Positions 1 to 13,944 of a stretch of 64,000 nt of DNA are shown here, one piece after another. The position numbers and the translations under genes are program-made. The stretch is from Mobula hypostoma (taxonomy: Eukaryota), in contig NC_086097.1 in the NCBI RefSeq assembly GCF_963921235.1, positions 212,352,001 to 212,416,000 on the forward strand. Direction: 5' to 3'. Under the pieces are notes generated by a model, which made no database searches, was not told the origin of the DNA, and worked only from the letters and a program-made list of their open reading frames with translations. The stretch's first letter is position 1. Each line of letters begins with the position of its first letter.

Positions 1-1319
1 TGAACTTGAGGGAAAAATATTGAAATCTTCATGGATCTTATATGTCACATAATACGCAGAGATTTCTCACTTTAAAATTTCAACCAAGTTGTACTGTAGT
101 TGTTTCATCATGTAACTGTGCCATGGTGCTTTCAAGTCAGCAAAGCCAAATTTGAGCTCAACTATGCAGATGACAGCATATGTTCTATTTGTATTTAGCT
201 GCAGGAAAGCCCTCTTGTCTCTCCTATCCCCAACATTTGGACTTTTTACAGGAAACTGATAGGTTTAATGCTGCAATTATTTGCAGGAATAGTGCCATTT
301 TGTGTACAGAACAATAGGTGGATTGAGACTATTTAAAGCAGTTTACTTGCCCTCTGGGATGGAAGATCAGCGCATTTCATTTTAAGGTTCCAACAAAAAC
401 CCACTAAAGTTTTAGCAATGCTGAATGACAGTGAGTAGGCAGGCAATTTAAGGCAAACTTCTGGAAGAGGAAAGAGGGTAGGATAGAATACCACTGTGAG
501 GAAAGAATTCTTTCCCTTTTTATCAATGTTCTTGTAAGAAACTGTGCAACAGAACGTTCTTACCGAAATAAGTCAAATGCTTCAACCATAAAACTGCAAG
601 AGTAAATCAGGGCCAGAATCACATTGCCAGTAAGCTAATATACCAATCAGTCTTGATGCTTCTGAATTTTCAGGCTGGAATAATAAGCATCATCCGCATT
701 TTGGGGAAGTCACAAGCCAAGCATATTTCAGAAGGTTAACATTTATCTCATTCTCCCTTATTCCAATTCAGGGAGATTGCTGATCTGCGACAAGTGGTAA
801 GAAAAGTTATTCTCTCACCATTTGAATGCAGGCTCCAGTGACCACATCACATTGTGAGTAAGTTCATCTGAGTTTCAAGATACACCATTGTGGTGAGTAA
901 TTCCACTCCAAGAATGTAGAAAAAATGCAAGGTCACACCCACCATATCATGATGGGCATTACTTCATATAAAAGTAGCAATCATGATATGTTATTCTCAA
1001 TCAGAAAGATATGCTTTTCTTTGTCAGGGCCACAGCAAATAAAAGCATATTTGGGGACAAAAGGATATTTACGAAGGAGGGGCATAGAGTCAAGAGTTAT
1101 TCTGTCGCCACTTGATGGCAGACTCCAGTGACAAAACCAAGCACAAAAGAACAAGGTATAAAAATGAGTCCTGAAGAAGGGTCGTGGCCTGAGATGTCAA
1201 CCATCTATTCATTCTGTAGATGATGTCTAACCTGCTGAGTTCTTCCAGAACTTAGTGTGTGTGTTGCTCAAGGTATATTAATATGTTTCCTGCTGGTGTC
1301 TGCAATCTGATTAAGCAGC

Positions 1320-1422
1320 ACACTGGCATCCTTCAGCTAGTACAGCCACCGCCTCACAGCACCAGAGATCTGAGTTCAGTCCTGATCTTGGGTGCTGTCA
1401 GCATGGGGTTTGCACGTTCTGG
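1320..1422 (+). mobile_element. V-SINE 5' fragment
   Basis: gcctcacagcaccagagatctgagttcagtcctgatcttgggtgctgtc...ggggtttgcacgttc. Confidence 0.6.
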
Positions 1423-1494
1423 GACTAAGCCATTTAATTTATTCAGAAAAACAAGACTGTGTATAAATGATCAGCAATGGTCCAATGATGCTTA

Positions 1495-1790
1495 GCGAGG
1501 TACATGGACCTGGAGGCACAGGATTGAACTACTTCAGTTATGGAGAGCCTTTGGAGAGTCTGGCCTTGTTTTCCCTGGAATGAAAGAGGTTGTGAGATGA
1601 TCTGGCAGAAGCAAATAAGATTAGGAAATGGGTAGAAAGGGTTGGTAGTCAAGATAATTGTCCCTTGGTATGGCTATCAGAACCAAAAGGGCGAAGATTT
1701 AAGGTGAGAGGAAGTGAATCTGAGGGGTGCACAGTATGGTTGATATCTGGAATACACTGTTAGAGTTGGTGGAATCCAATACAACACCCT
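1495..1790 (+). mobile_element. CR1 3' ORF2 fragment, old
   Basis: Similar by eye to the other CR1 ends (cttgttttccctggaa...tttaaggtgagagg). Confidence 0.6.
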
Positions 1791-4345
1791 GGCATTTCTT
1801 CTCTCCCTCTCTGGCTACAATTTCACATTTTGTGTTAATATTTAATTGCACATGTTATTATAAATGTTAATTCTATTGATAAAAATAGTGGGCTGAAATC
1901 CAATGTGACTTCATATGATTGTCTGAACTGAGAATCAGAACCAGGTTTATTATCACTAACAAATGTTGTGAAATTTGTTCTTTTGCGGCAGCAGTACATT
2001 ACAGTACATGAAATATATTGTACTATAAGTTACAATAATCATAAAATTAAAAAAAATTCGTGCAAAAAGAAAGCAAAAGTAGTGAGACAGTGTTCATGGG
2101 TTAATTGTCTGTTCAGAAATCTGATGGCAGAGGGGAGCTTTTTAATAGCAAATTGTGGAATCTTTATGGAATTTAGCCCACTCATTTGTATCAATAATTT
2201 TTCAGAAGAGTAAATCAATATGTGTATTATCAGTTGTGATTGTTGTGAACCCCATCCATATTTCCAGTGTTCTGTGAGGACGAAACTGTAACGCCTACAC
2301 TGGATTGATGCTTGCTAACACTGAACCTCTGGTCTCCTGACTGCTTCACATCCTGGTAAACAAACTGCAAATATCTACAGTATCTCTTGAAGATTCAGAT
2401 CTTGTTTGTCACAGTGTTCTTTTATCCAGTGTAAAGGGGTTAAGGCATTCAAGTAAACACAAGCTGATTCGATTGGATAAAAGCAGTTCGAATGGAATAA
2501 AAGCATGCACACTGGAATATAATGTAAATAAATACAACTTTAATATATAATGGAACAGGAAATGTATATAATCCATTGACAATGTAGACAAAAGGTCTGA
2601 TTACATTTATTGATGTATATGAAAATATAGCAAATAAACCTGATGGCATTTGGGATTGCACTACTAACTGAAACATGACAAAATAATTTTGTACAGAATT
2701 CCTACTTCTCTTCAGCATCAGTGATCAGCAGGGCTCAGCACAGACTGAGCAGACTTTGCTAATCATGTGACTTCTTTCCCAGCTTTCCTTTATGAGTTGC
2801 TTCTAGATGATAAAGCAAGTAAGTGGAAAATGCTCCTTATCCATAAAGAATATTGTTTGTAAGCTTGGGCATCTTTTGCAATAAAAAAATACATATATTA
2901 GGGTGAATTAAGGAAGCATATGAATGATAATTCCATGTGGCTGATCTCTAGGTTGAAAGGGCCAAAGTTTTACTTTGCATCCAAAAATATTATGATATTT
3001 AGAACTCAAAGTCATATGATAGTTACGGATCTGGAATGCCATTCGATGCATCTTATCTCATCCATTCAAATTGAACACTGGAGTCCCATGATTGAAGCAT
3101 TTGTTACGTGGTATTGGGATTTTTTGCAACTTTTTCTGAGACCGCTCTCACCGTATGCATGTATATGAAAGAAGCCTTTCCACTATCAGCCTGAAATTTG
3201 TTTTTTATTGATTTTAGCATAATTTCTAATATTCTATTGACACGGTTTAATTTATATTTCAATTTTCTAGGTAATGTGTGAAAAGAGAATAAACAGGCAT
3301 TTTGTGTACCATAAATACAATTGTTGTTCTGAATATTATAAACACATATGCATTTTTCTCCACTTCGTGCTCACACATAGACGCTAGAACAAGCTGCAGT
3401 ACTTTACTGCCGGCTGCCCATATGCACCGATCTACCAGCATGTTTTTAAGGAAGTCTCCAGAGTATTTAAGAGTGTTAAAAGTCGGTCATCAGCAAATGA
3501 AGCAAGATTAGCTGACAAGAATCAGGTGAACCATTATATGGAGATGTAGCTCAATATCTATTTTAAAATAATTTCCTGGCATTTTCCTTAGGCTTCTCCT
3601 GAACTGTCATGGTAATTTAGGTGAAAAATGGCTGGAAATTCTGAATGAATCATACTGAATCTGCTGAAGCAATGGCAGTCAATGAGAAAAACCCAAAGGA
3701 AATTCCCGTTAATATATTCTATGATTATATTTAGATTTCCATTTATTTTTATGCCCCAATTTATAACAGAAGCTTGTAATGCTGATAAAGAAGGTTCTAA
3801 CTATAATATTTGAAGCTTGGAGAGTTTCCATTAAAAGTGTGAACAGAGGAAATTTTAACAGATCAAATTGTAAGGAGATGAAAAGATATGTATATGTCAT
3901 ATTCGTACATGCATTTTAGTTATGCCAGCTCTTGTTTAAATGCAATCTTGCAGCTTTAATTGCAGGACATCACACAATAAAAGATATTGTCCTATTAAGT
4001 AGCATTTTCTCTTGCACTAATATAATTATACCTAATAATTCAAACTGTTCAAGATTAAAAAAAGGGTGCTGCTTTTTTACATTGTCCCTTATAATTCCAA
4101 AAAAAAGTTAGCAACTCTTGTGGATGACCTGCTTTTCCATTGCAATATCATATATATATATTTACTCAGCTGATCCCAAAATATACTTGCCTTTAATTAT
4201 AGTCTTTTAAAATATAAAATTTCAACATATACCTATTCCTTTATACATGCAGAACAAAAAGTTAAGCATGCAGATATAACTCATTGACCCCATTTAAAAA
4301 AAGAAGCCACAGCTGTCACTTTATATGAAACCACTGGCCACTAAC

Positions 4346-4491
4346 CCATTATTGCAGTAGTCATTCCAGTCAACACTCTGTGGTGGGGGATTTCGGCAAA
4401 CTGAGCGGACGCAGTCCATTGTTGGAGTAGCAACAGGTGCAGCTGTAGATGTTGAGTTGATTATGTTCTGAAACTCAGATTGCAAGAACCC
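4346..4491 (-). CDS. TOX: TOX coding exon (exon 8 equivalent; 146 bp, phase 0-2)
   Basis: GFLQSEFQNIINSTSTAAPVATPTMDCVRSVCRNPPPQSVDWNDYCNN(G) contains the TOX C-terminal CRNPPPQxVDW motif. cttcAG acceptor at 4493-4492; probable donor GTtagt at 4345-4340. Without splicing it reads through to TAA at 4323-4321. Confidence 0.9.
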
Positions 4492-5004
4492 CTGAAGCAG
4501 AAAATAACATGGATTTTCAGGGTTGTCAGTCACAAAATAAAAAAAAGAGAAGTGAATTCACTGAGTTTTTAAACAAATAATTATTCTGAATAGAGTGGTG
4601 GGAGTGGAAGAGAAACAAATACATCCAATTTTATTTTTAGATAACAAAATATTTACAATACTAAGGGAACGCATGGATTACTGAATAAATGTTGATCTTT
4701 GAAGCATTAAATGCTCGCTATTTTCATTCTGTAATTACTTTTCAAGCACCATTAATATCAGATGTTATCCTAACGCAACATATTGGTTTACTATATTTGC
4801 TATTCTGCAGCATTCCCTCGTCTCCAGCTAAGAGAAAATATTTGATAGTGCTCAAAAGCAAATCATTCACCATTCAGGGTGAACATTTAAAATTTCCATC
4901 TTAGTACTGAAAGCAAGTAAATTCAATTTAACAGATGACTTTATAAATAGAATAGTTTCAGTGAATAAAGCAATCTACTGATAACATTAATGATTCAAAG
5001 AACT

Positions 5005-5900
5005 TCATAGACTTGTAGAGTTATTCAGCACAGAAACAGGCCCTTCTGCCCAATTCATCCATGCCAACCATGATATCTATCAATTATAATCTTACTTTCC
5101 TGCATTTGGCCCGGGTTCTTCTAAACTTTCCTATCCATGCACTTGTCCAAATGTCTTTCAAATGTAATTGTACCTGCCTCTACCACCTGCTCTGGCAGCT
5201 CGTTCCAGATACCTACCAACCTCTGTGTGTAAAGCTTGTGCCTCAGATCCTTCTAAAATCTTTTGTCTCTCATCTTACACTAATGCCCTCTGGTTTTAAA
5301 TTACTATATCCTGGGAAAAGACCATGACTATCTATGCTATCAATAAGCCTTATAATTTTATAAACCTCTATGTCAGACTTTAGTGTCTTCACTGCTAGAA
5401 ATCAGTCCCAGCTTATCAAAATGACCATTAACCCGCAAGCCTTTCAGAACAAACAAAATTCCTGTTAACGTTTTCTCCAATCTCTCTAACTAGCACACCC
5501 TTTCTATGGTGCGGAAACACTACAGAATGCAATTCTTCAAGTGCGGCCTGACCAACAATTTGTAACATTGCCTCCCAACACCTAAAATTAATGAAGAAAA
5601 GGATACCATATTACTTCTACACCACTCTGTCTACCTGTGTATTTGTACCCTTAGGTCTCTCTGTTTTATAACATTCCCTATGGCCATCCATTCCTTGCAT
5701 ATATCCTGGCTAATGTAACTTCTGAAAGTGCTTGTCTGAGTTAATTTCCATCAGCCATCCCCTTGTCCACTTTCTTAGTTATACAACTTTCTCTGTTGTA
5801 ACTTGAGACAACCTTCTTCTCCATCCACAGTACCGTCTGTAATAATGTATCACCTGCAAATTTCCAAATTATGACATCTTTATTCTCTTCCAAATCATTA
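5005..5900 (-). mobile_element. CR1 LINE 3' fragment, old
   Basis: IYLNDLEE...KFAGDT (YADD-region homolog) and typical CR1 3' UTR gaagggcctgtttctgtgctg on the minus strand. Confidence 0.8.
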
Positions 5901-8900
5901 AGATATATTATATAGACAATATTTATTTGCGACCTTACAGAATCCAAGCTAGTCTGTTAACCTAATATGGACCTCAGATAAGTACAAAATAAATAACATA
6001 AAAGATGGCTCATAAAGCTTTCAAAATAAATACTGTATGTAATTCTGGAAAAGATGTTTCTTCCTGATTTTGACACCTTAGCTTGTGATCATCTGCTTTT
6101 GCATACTGAATTCATTACTTAGGTGTCAATGCCTTGGCTCTCCCAGTTTGTGGTATGTCTGCAGAGAGCAGCAAAATGAATTGAACATAGTAACTTGCTG
6201 CAGCACAATCAAGGCATACAGTCTTTCATAACCATGCCTCTTCAAATAACGTCTCATTTCAACCTCTAGGCTACTCAGTTTGGGACCAATATTCTGATTA
6301 TTTTTAAGCCTCTAACTTTTCACTTTCTGTCCAATTTATGTCTTTGATCAAGTGAATGGAGTGAAGAATTCTGTAGATGCACCTGAATAAAGGTTAGCAA
6401 AACTTTAGGGAAATGTTCTGGCAATGAGGTCTTCTCTGATGCATTGAAGCAGCAGGTTGGGTTAATACAATTAATCCATTCCAATGTATCCTGAATCTTT
6501 AATGGCATTATTGTATTGGACTTGCAAATAATAAACTGCTAAGAGACTGTGTGTGTCATCACATAACCTCACTGTTTTGCGAGCGGCAGAATAACGTAGA
6601 AGTACAAATAAATGCAGTGTGTGCAATTTAATAACTTAGTCAAAACCAAAATATATTTTGCTCAGCAGAAAAACTGAGACAGAAAGAATTAAGCAAATAA
6701 ACATACTCCAGTGCAAGACCTCTGTGTGAAATGCAAATGTGACAAATTGATAAAGACACAAGCTCATGTAGAAGTGATATTAAAATGTGATGAGTTCTCA
6801 ATCTCATCAGATACAAAATATATTTTAACATGAAGCAAAAATAGGGCAAGTCAGTTTATGAGTCACTTTGAGCTGCTTTTTCAAAATTTCTGGTTTTGTG
6901 TTCACTGGATAGAGAAAGAACTAGATGAGGACTCTGCTTCTCAGGCTGACACTGATGATGCTTTTGTTGCAGATGGTAAGAGATTTGATGAAAGCAAAGA
7001 CTGAAGAACTACTTTTAACACATTGTTTAGCTTCCTAATAAAATTTGCCGTTCATCACAGTTTGCCTAAAATGAACAACTCTAGTCATCTACTTAGTAAA
7101 ACAGAATAAAATATTTGGAGTTTTTGATTTTTTTATAAACATACATAAAGCACAAGTAGGTTAATAAACAATTGAGCTGAATCAACTTTAAGAGAGGAGA
7201 AAGGATGAGGTGGAGCGCTTATTGTATTTTTTTTAGCTGTCATTACTATTAATCTTGATAAATATAAATGCAATGGTAGTTAATCTCTGGAACATACATT
7301 TGGCTCTGGCTGAAAGAGCAGGCAGCAGGTGGCCGGGTATTTTATTTAACTCTATCTATTCATGTATTGTTCTCCAAATTACTCTCCTTCATTCACTCAC
7401 AAAGGCACCATCTGCTTCTCTTTTATCTTCAGAGTCTCAACTAACCAAAATTCAGCCTAACACAGCTTTTGTTGGAAGTTCATGTAAAAGAAATACCACC
7501 AAAAGAAGACCAAAAATAACAATTCCATAGAAAGCAGAACAACAGAGAAAATATAAAAAGGACATAACTCTACATAGAAACATTACAAATCCAGGAAAAC
7601 AACAAAAAACTTTACAATTACAGATAATTTTAAAAGGCATTCTATTTACTGGAGGGAAATTTGTTTTTAACCAAATGCACTTGAAGAAGTCACTGAAATC
7701 TTAAATATTTTATGTGCTGTAATGAGATGTCCTTCAACAGAAGTGAGATTTCATTCCTCAAAACTACTTTTTAGTTAAATTATGTGAATAAATCCATGCC
7801 TGTTTGGTTCTATCTTGAACTCTTGAAAGATCAGAGTTATGGATTTAAATTTGATCATATCTTCTCCTTTTGGACAAGATTACAAATAAAATTGATGTAG
7901 TTTCTGCTCAAAGACTCATTCTGACCAAATCAGTTGAAGAGGAATTTTGTGCCAAGTAAACAGCAATGACTGTTCTCTATCAGTCATTCATGAAGTCTGA
8001 TGAAAGATAAATTGAGCTGAAAAATTAATGCAAAGAAGTCTAATTACACAATGCTGGACACTTTACAGTTTGATCCTGCAGCAACAATTAACAGCTGTTT
8101 TTCTCTGATTGGTGGCATCCATGCCTAGAATTCTAAATTTCATTTTCATCTGCTAGACTGGAATCAAAAAGGGGGCCCAATAGAGATTAATTTGGTGTCA
8201 GAGGGGACATTTGCTCTGTAATTAGATTTTTGCGTCCTAGCAATTTGCTCTGCTGCTATACTAAGTCTTATGAAGCCTGCAGCAAAACAGAACACTGATC
8301 TTCATCTCTGCACTTTACTGTGAACTAATTTCATTTCCTGCCTATCTGAAGAGGTGTTTTCATCAGACATCAGGGTTTTTGTCTTCGTGGCTGATTTATT
8401 CATCAATCTCAATGTGATTTTGTTTCTTCTTACAACCTTGAAATTACATCCAAATCCACACACATCTGTTGATTACATGAGAAAATTGAAAATCTGTCTT
8501 TGTAATATCATACGAAAATTTTTCCACAAGGTTATACAGCAAGCCGACAGATATTAATGATTTCATTTTTGGAGCTTCTTTTCCTTGCAGTGAACAGAAT
8601 AACAAGGAGAATTGGTTTATCTGAACAAATATTCCAGCCGTGTGATTTTAATGTCTTTGGATCTGCAGCATTCTTAAGCTTATGTGTAAACCCCTTCGGG
8701 ATTTTTCTAAATGTTATTCATCATTTGTCAATACATTTTAATAATGATATATGACCTCGAAAGTAAATGCCCTGTATTAAATATTTTGTATAAGATGATT
8801 TTGGGCATGTTGACCAACACTCTGCTGTAAAACATTCTTTTTGTGCAACAATAATTATAATGATTGGAAATGGCAGTAGTACTGCAATGGTATTTCAAAT

Positions 8901-9239
8901 GCAATTGTTTTATAAAAGATTTAGTATTTTGAAAGCTTAAATTATTATTCATATAGAAGTATTTGTATCTGTGGAACTAAGCCATTAAGAGTAGACAACT
9001 TCAGAACTGATTTACAACTAGGGCTTGGGGAGTCAGAAACAACTTTATCACCCCGAACTGAGTAGGAAAATAAAATTTATCATGGCTCCATGCCACGACC
9101 GTCTTCAATGGCTGATGGCAAAATGTATAAATATAGGACTGAGGTGGCACAGGTAAGATTTTGATTCCTCCCACAATTAAATATCTTACTACTTTTCACC
9201 ACCCGAAGAAGAAATAGATTGCATAGAGGGAGAGAGAGC

Positions 9240-12200
9240 TTAAAAGAAGTAAGGGGTTAGTTGGCACATTTTGCGTCCCACAGTTCCTGAGACCACATTG
9301 GACTGCACATAATTATACAATTGGCAAGATCCAATAAAAAGAAGTTAGGTTTATGTGGAACGGCCAATGTGTGAGTGGGGAATTTGGGCGTTGGCTCATT
9401 GAGGCTTTGGCGAGGAGTCGAGGATGTAGGATGTAGGGAGATGTTCCTCATTATCTTTTCTTTCTTTATTATTGCACATTTAGAGCAGTAGGGTGTCAGG
9501 TAGGATAGTGGAATGCTCTTCTTGTGGGATGTGGGAAATCAGGAAGACCGCCAGTGTCTCTGATGAATACACCAGCAAAAAGTTCATACAGTTACAGATT
9601 CTAACAGACCACGTTAAGGAGTTGAAACTGGAACTAGATGAACTCTGGATCATTTTGGGGACTGAGGGGTTGATAAATAGGTTAAACAGGGAAGTAGTTA
9701 TACCCACAATGCAGGGCACAGGTAATTGGTGTCAGGAGGGAGAAAGGGAGCAGGCAGCTAGTGCAGAGTACCCTGTGGCCATTCCCCTCAACAACAGGAA
9801 TATCACCTTTGATAGCGTTGGTGGGGTGGGGAGACCTAGCAGAGGAATGCCACACCAGTCAGGTCTCTGGGGTTGGGGATGTCTTTAAACTAGAGTTGCA
9901 GAGCACCAGAGCAGCAAGTGGACTGATTGTGGAGAACGATGTTGTTAACACTACATAGCCAGGAATCAAAAGGTTGAGCATGGTGGCACCAATGTTTTGA
10001 GCTGTATACGCTTCAATGCAAGGTGTCTTGTAGGAAAGGTGGATGAGCTTGGGGCATGGATCAGCAAGTGGAATTATGACATTGTAGCTTTTAATGAAAC
10101 TGGGCTGCTGGAGGAGCAGGACTGGCAGCTCAGAGTTCTGGGGGTTCTGTTGTTTTAAACATGATAAAGCAGGAGAGATTAAAGAGGGAGGGGTGGCAGT
10201 ACTAGTCAGGGAAAATGTCACAGCAGTGCTCAGACAAGACAGACTGGAGGACTTGTCTAGTGAGGCTTTATGTGTAGTTTGTTGGCTCGTGGCCAAATGG
10301 TTAAGGCGTTCGTCTAGTGATTTAAAGGTCGCTAGTTCGAGCCTCAGCTGAGGCAGCGTGTGTGTCCTTGAGCAAGGCACTTAACCACACATTGCTGTGC
10401 AACGACACTGGTACCAAGCTGTATGGGTCCTAATGCCCTTCCCTTAGACAACATCAGTGGCGTGGAGAGGGGAGACTTGCAGCATGGGCAACTGCTGGTC
10501 TTCCATACAACCTTGCCCAGGCCTGTGCCCTGGAAACCTTCCAAAGCGCAAATCCATGGTCTCATGAGACCAACGGATGCCTATATATGTGTAGAACTGT
10601 GGAATAAGAAAGGGATGACCATATTAATGGGATTATATTATAGACCATCCAACACTCTGCAGGATTTAGAGAGGCAAATTTTCAGAGAGATCACAGACTG
10701 TCGAAAGGTTGTGATAGCAGGTGACTTAAGCCTGAATGGGAAACAGTTGGTCAAATGTGTTTAGGAAAGTTTCCTTAATCAGTACAAAGAAGTACCAACT
10801 CGAGAGAGTGTGACAGTAGATCTCTCATTAGGGAATGAGACAGGGCAGGAAAAGGAAGTTTGTGTAATGGAGCACTTTGCATTTAGTGATAATAATTAGT
10901 TTTAAGGTAGTTATGGAAAAAGATAGGTCTGTTCCTTGGGTTGAGATTCTAAATTGGAGAAAAGTGAACTTTGATGGTATCAGAAAGGATATTGCAGGTG
11001 TGGATTGGGGCAGGTTGATTTCTGGCAAAGGTGTGCTTGGTGAGTGGGAAGTCTTCAAAGGTGAAATTTTGAGAGCTTGTATGTTCCTGTCAGAATAAAT
11101 GGCATGGCTAGTAGGTTAAGGGAACCTTGTTTTTTGAGAGATATTAAGGACTGGTTAAGAAAAATGAGTAGGTGCATAGCGGGTATAATTACGGAACAAA
11201 TGACTTACCTGAGGAGTATAAGAAATGCAGGAGAAAACTTAAGGAGGAAATCAGGAGGCCTAAAGGAAGACATGTGGTAGCTCTAGCAGACAAAGCGAAG
11301 GAGAATACCAAGGATTTCTACAGACATGTTAAGAGCAAAAGGATAGCAAGGGACAAAAGTGGTCCTCTGGAAATTCAGAGTGGTGATCTATGCGTGGAAC
11401 TGAAAGACATAGGAAATTTGTTAAATGGATTTTTGGCACCTGTGTTTACCCAGGAGACAGACACAGAGTCTACAGATGTGAGGCAAAACAGCAGCAAGAT
11501 CATGGACACAATACACTCCGTTAGCTGTCTTGAGGCAAATTAGGGTGAATATATCCCCAGGACCTGACAAGGACCCTGTAGGAGGCTAGTGCAGAAACCT
11601 TAGCCAGGGGTGAGGTGGCAGAAGATTGGAAGGTAGGTAATATTGTCCCATTGTTTATGAAAGGCTCTAAGAATAATCCAGGAGATTATAGGCCAGTGAG
11701 CCTGACATCAGTCATGGGAAAGTTATTGGATGATATTCTAAGGAACTGGATATATAAGTATTTGGATAGACAAGGACAGATTAGAGATAGTCGGCTTGGC
11801 TTTGTGCGCAGTAGATCGTGCTAACCAATCTCATAGAGTTTTTCGAGGAAGTGACCAGGAAAGTTGATGAAGGCAAGGCAGTGGATGTTGTCTACATGGA
11901 CTTTAGCAAGGCCTTTGACAAGGTCCTGCATGGGAGATTGGTCAAGGTTCCAATGCTCAGCATTCCAGACGAGGTAGTAAATTGGATTAGACATCGGCTT
12001 CATGGGAGAAGCCAGTAGATTATTGCCTCTCTGACTGGAGGCCTAGATAAGCAAATGACACTAAGGTTGGTTGGGTAGTGGACAGCGAGGAAGACTATCA
12101 AAGCTTGCAGCGGGATCAGGACCAGGTGTACAAATGGGCTAAAAAATGGCAGATGGAATTTAATGCCGATAAATGAGGAGTTTTGCACTTTGGGAGCACC

Positions 12201-12770
12201 AACCATAGTTGGTTTCAAAGCTGAGCAATTGGGCACTGAGGAGTGCAATAGAACAGAGGGATCTGAGAATGCAGATCCATAATTCCTTGAAAGTGGCATC
12301 AGAGGTACTTAGATTATGGTCATAAAGAAAGTTTTTGGAATATTAGCCCTCATAAATAAATGTATTGAATACAGGAGTTGGGATGCTTTATTGAAATTCT
12401 ATAAGACATTTGTGAGATCTAATTTGAAGTACTGTGTTCAGTTTTGATCACCTACCTATAGGAAAGATGTAAATAAGATTGAAAGAGTGCAGAGAAAATT
12501 TACAAGGATGCTGCTGGGAATTGAGGATCTGAATAATTGGGAAAAATTGAATAGGTTAAGGCTTTATTCCTTAGAATGTAGAAGATTGAGAGGAGATTTG
12601 ATAGAGGTATAAGGTCAAAATTACGATAGACAGGGTAAATGCAAGCAGGCTTTTTCCACTGAGATTGAGTGAGAATACAACTAGAGGTCATGGGTTAAGT
12701 GTGAAAGGTGGAATGTTTAAGGGCAACGTCTTTACTCAGAGAATGGCGAGAGTGTGGAATGAGCTGTCAG
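9240..12770 (+). mobile_element. CR1 LINE, long decayed copy (ORF1 N-terminus, APE endonuclease and RT remnants)
   Basis: ORF1-like VECSSCGMWE plus leucine zipper; ORF2 fragments GGGVAVLVRE, GLYYRP, DWKVGNIVPLF, YRPVSLTS, VDVVYMDFSKAFDKV; many stops and frameshifts. Confidence 0.92.
10278..10585 (+). mobile_element. tRNA-derived SINE with CORE-like segment, inserted in CR1 ORF2
   Basis: A box tggccaaatgg, B box gttcgagcc, MIR-like tgtgtccttgagcaaggcacttaacc; TSD tatgtgtag at 10269-10277 and 10586-10594. Confidence 0.88.
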
Positions 12771-13162
12771 CAGCGGGGGGAGCCGTGGGAAAGGTGGTGG
12801 AGAAGTAGTGCCAAGGGTGGGTGGTGGAGCATGTGCAGACACACCTAGCCCTGAGACACCATGTTAGGTAAGTTGATTCCAAACAATTGGTTTATTGATT
12901 GCACAGAATATCTCTCTGGTGCTTCCCACTCCCTCCTCTATCACCCCCCTTTCCTAACCATGTTTCCCCTCTCCCTGCCCCCTTCCCACTCTCAAGTCCA
13001 CAAAAGAGACCCATATCAAAATCAGGTTTATCATCACTGACATATGTTTTTACTTTGTGGAAACAGTACAGTGTAATATGTAAAATTACTACAGTAGTGT
13101 GTGAAAATCTCAAGCACCTAGCTATATACAGTACATATGCCTAAGACTTTTGCACAGTATTA
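12770..13162 (+). mobile_element. Same MITE family, left end missing
   Basis: Core ccctgagacacc...aaacaattggtttattgat... and right end gcctaagacttttgcacagtatta. Confidence 0.78.
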
Positions 13163-13469
13163 TATCACTAAATCATTGATGACAATGATTGTTCTTGAAT
13201 TAAGTTGGTTAGCAGGTTGATAATTCTGTTTTTTTTCCTCACTCTACCTTCCAGCCATTAGAAAACTCCACTACTTTATTCTCCGTCATTTGTCTGTCTC
13301 CAAACTGGTGAAAGCTACTCAATAAATATTGAGACAATTTAGCAAGTACAGTCTACAATCTACTAGTTAAAACTCAGGAAACTGATTATCTCACCATCTC
13401 ACCATTTGATTTACATCTGAAATACAAAAGTCCTTATTTACTTACTGCTGACAGTTACGTTGCACTGAC

Positions 13470-13874
13470 CTGCTGCATTGGTGGTGAATGCAGAGGAGGT
13501 TGAACCTGCATTGGTAGCTGGTGATTTCCTATTTGCTGAGACATAACAGAGGTCTGTTGTTGGTGAAGCTGGTGCTGCTGCATTGATAGCTGGTGCAGTG
13601 GTGGGCTGATCTGAAGAGATGGAGGTGGAGAGATGGTCATATTTGCTACAGAAACAGTCACTGGCATCTGACCATTGGGTTTGGGAGCAATGCTCCGTGA
13701 CAAACTGGGATGCATGGTGGATATGTGAGGGTTCATACCAGACTGTTGATGATAGGCACCTGAACCAAGGTACATTGGAGATGGAGCTTGTGAATGACCA
13801 GAAAACACAGGCTGCTTTGAATTCATTATCTGAGAAGCCTGGGATGTCTTTGTATCAATAGGCTCACTGTAACT
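13470..13874 (-). CDS. TOX: TOX coding exon (exon 7 equivalent; Pro/Gln-rich region; 405 bp, phase 0-0)
   Basis: SYSEPIDTKTSQ...IAPKPNGQMPVTVSVANMTISPPPSLQISPPLHQ...LHSPPMQQ. tttgtctgcAG acceptor at 13876-13875; GTcagt donor at 13469-13468. Confidence 0.95.
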
Positions 13875-13944
13875 CTGCAGACAAAAATACCAAGAATGGT
13901 TAACCATTGCCTAGAAATATCAAAAAAAATACAATTTAACATTT

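Noticed and set aside
925..4300. Short ORFs in the AT-rich left end as a second gene
   Set aside because: No recognisable protein similarity or exon chain; likely TOX last intron or 3' UTR.
10283..10355. tRNA-like sequence with A and B boxes
   Set aside because: It is the head of a SINE (body, tail and TSD follow), not a tRNA gene.
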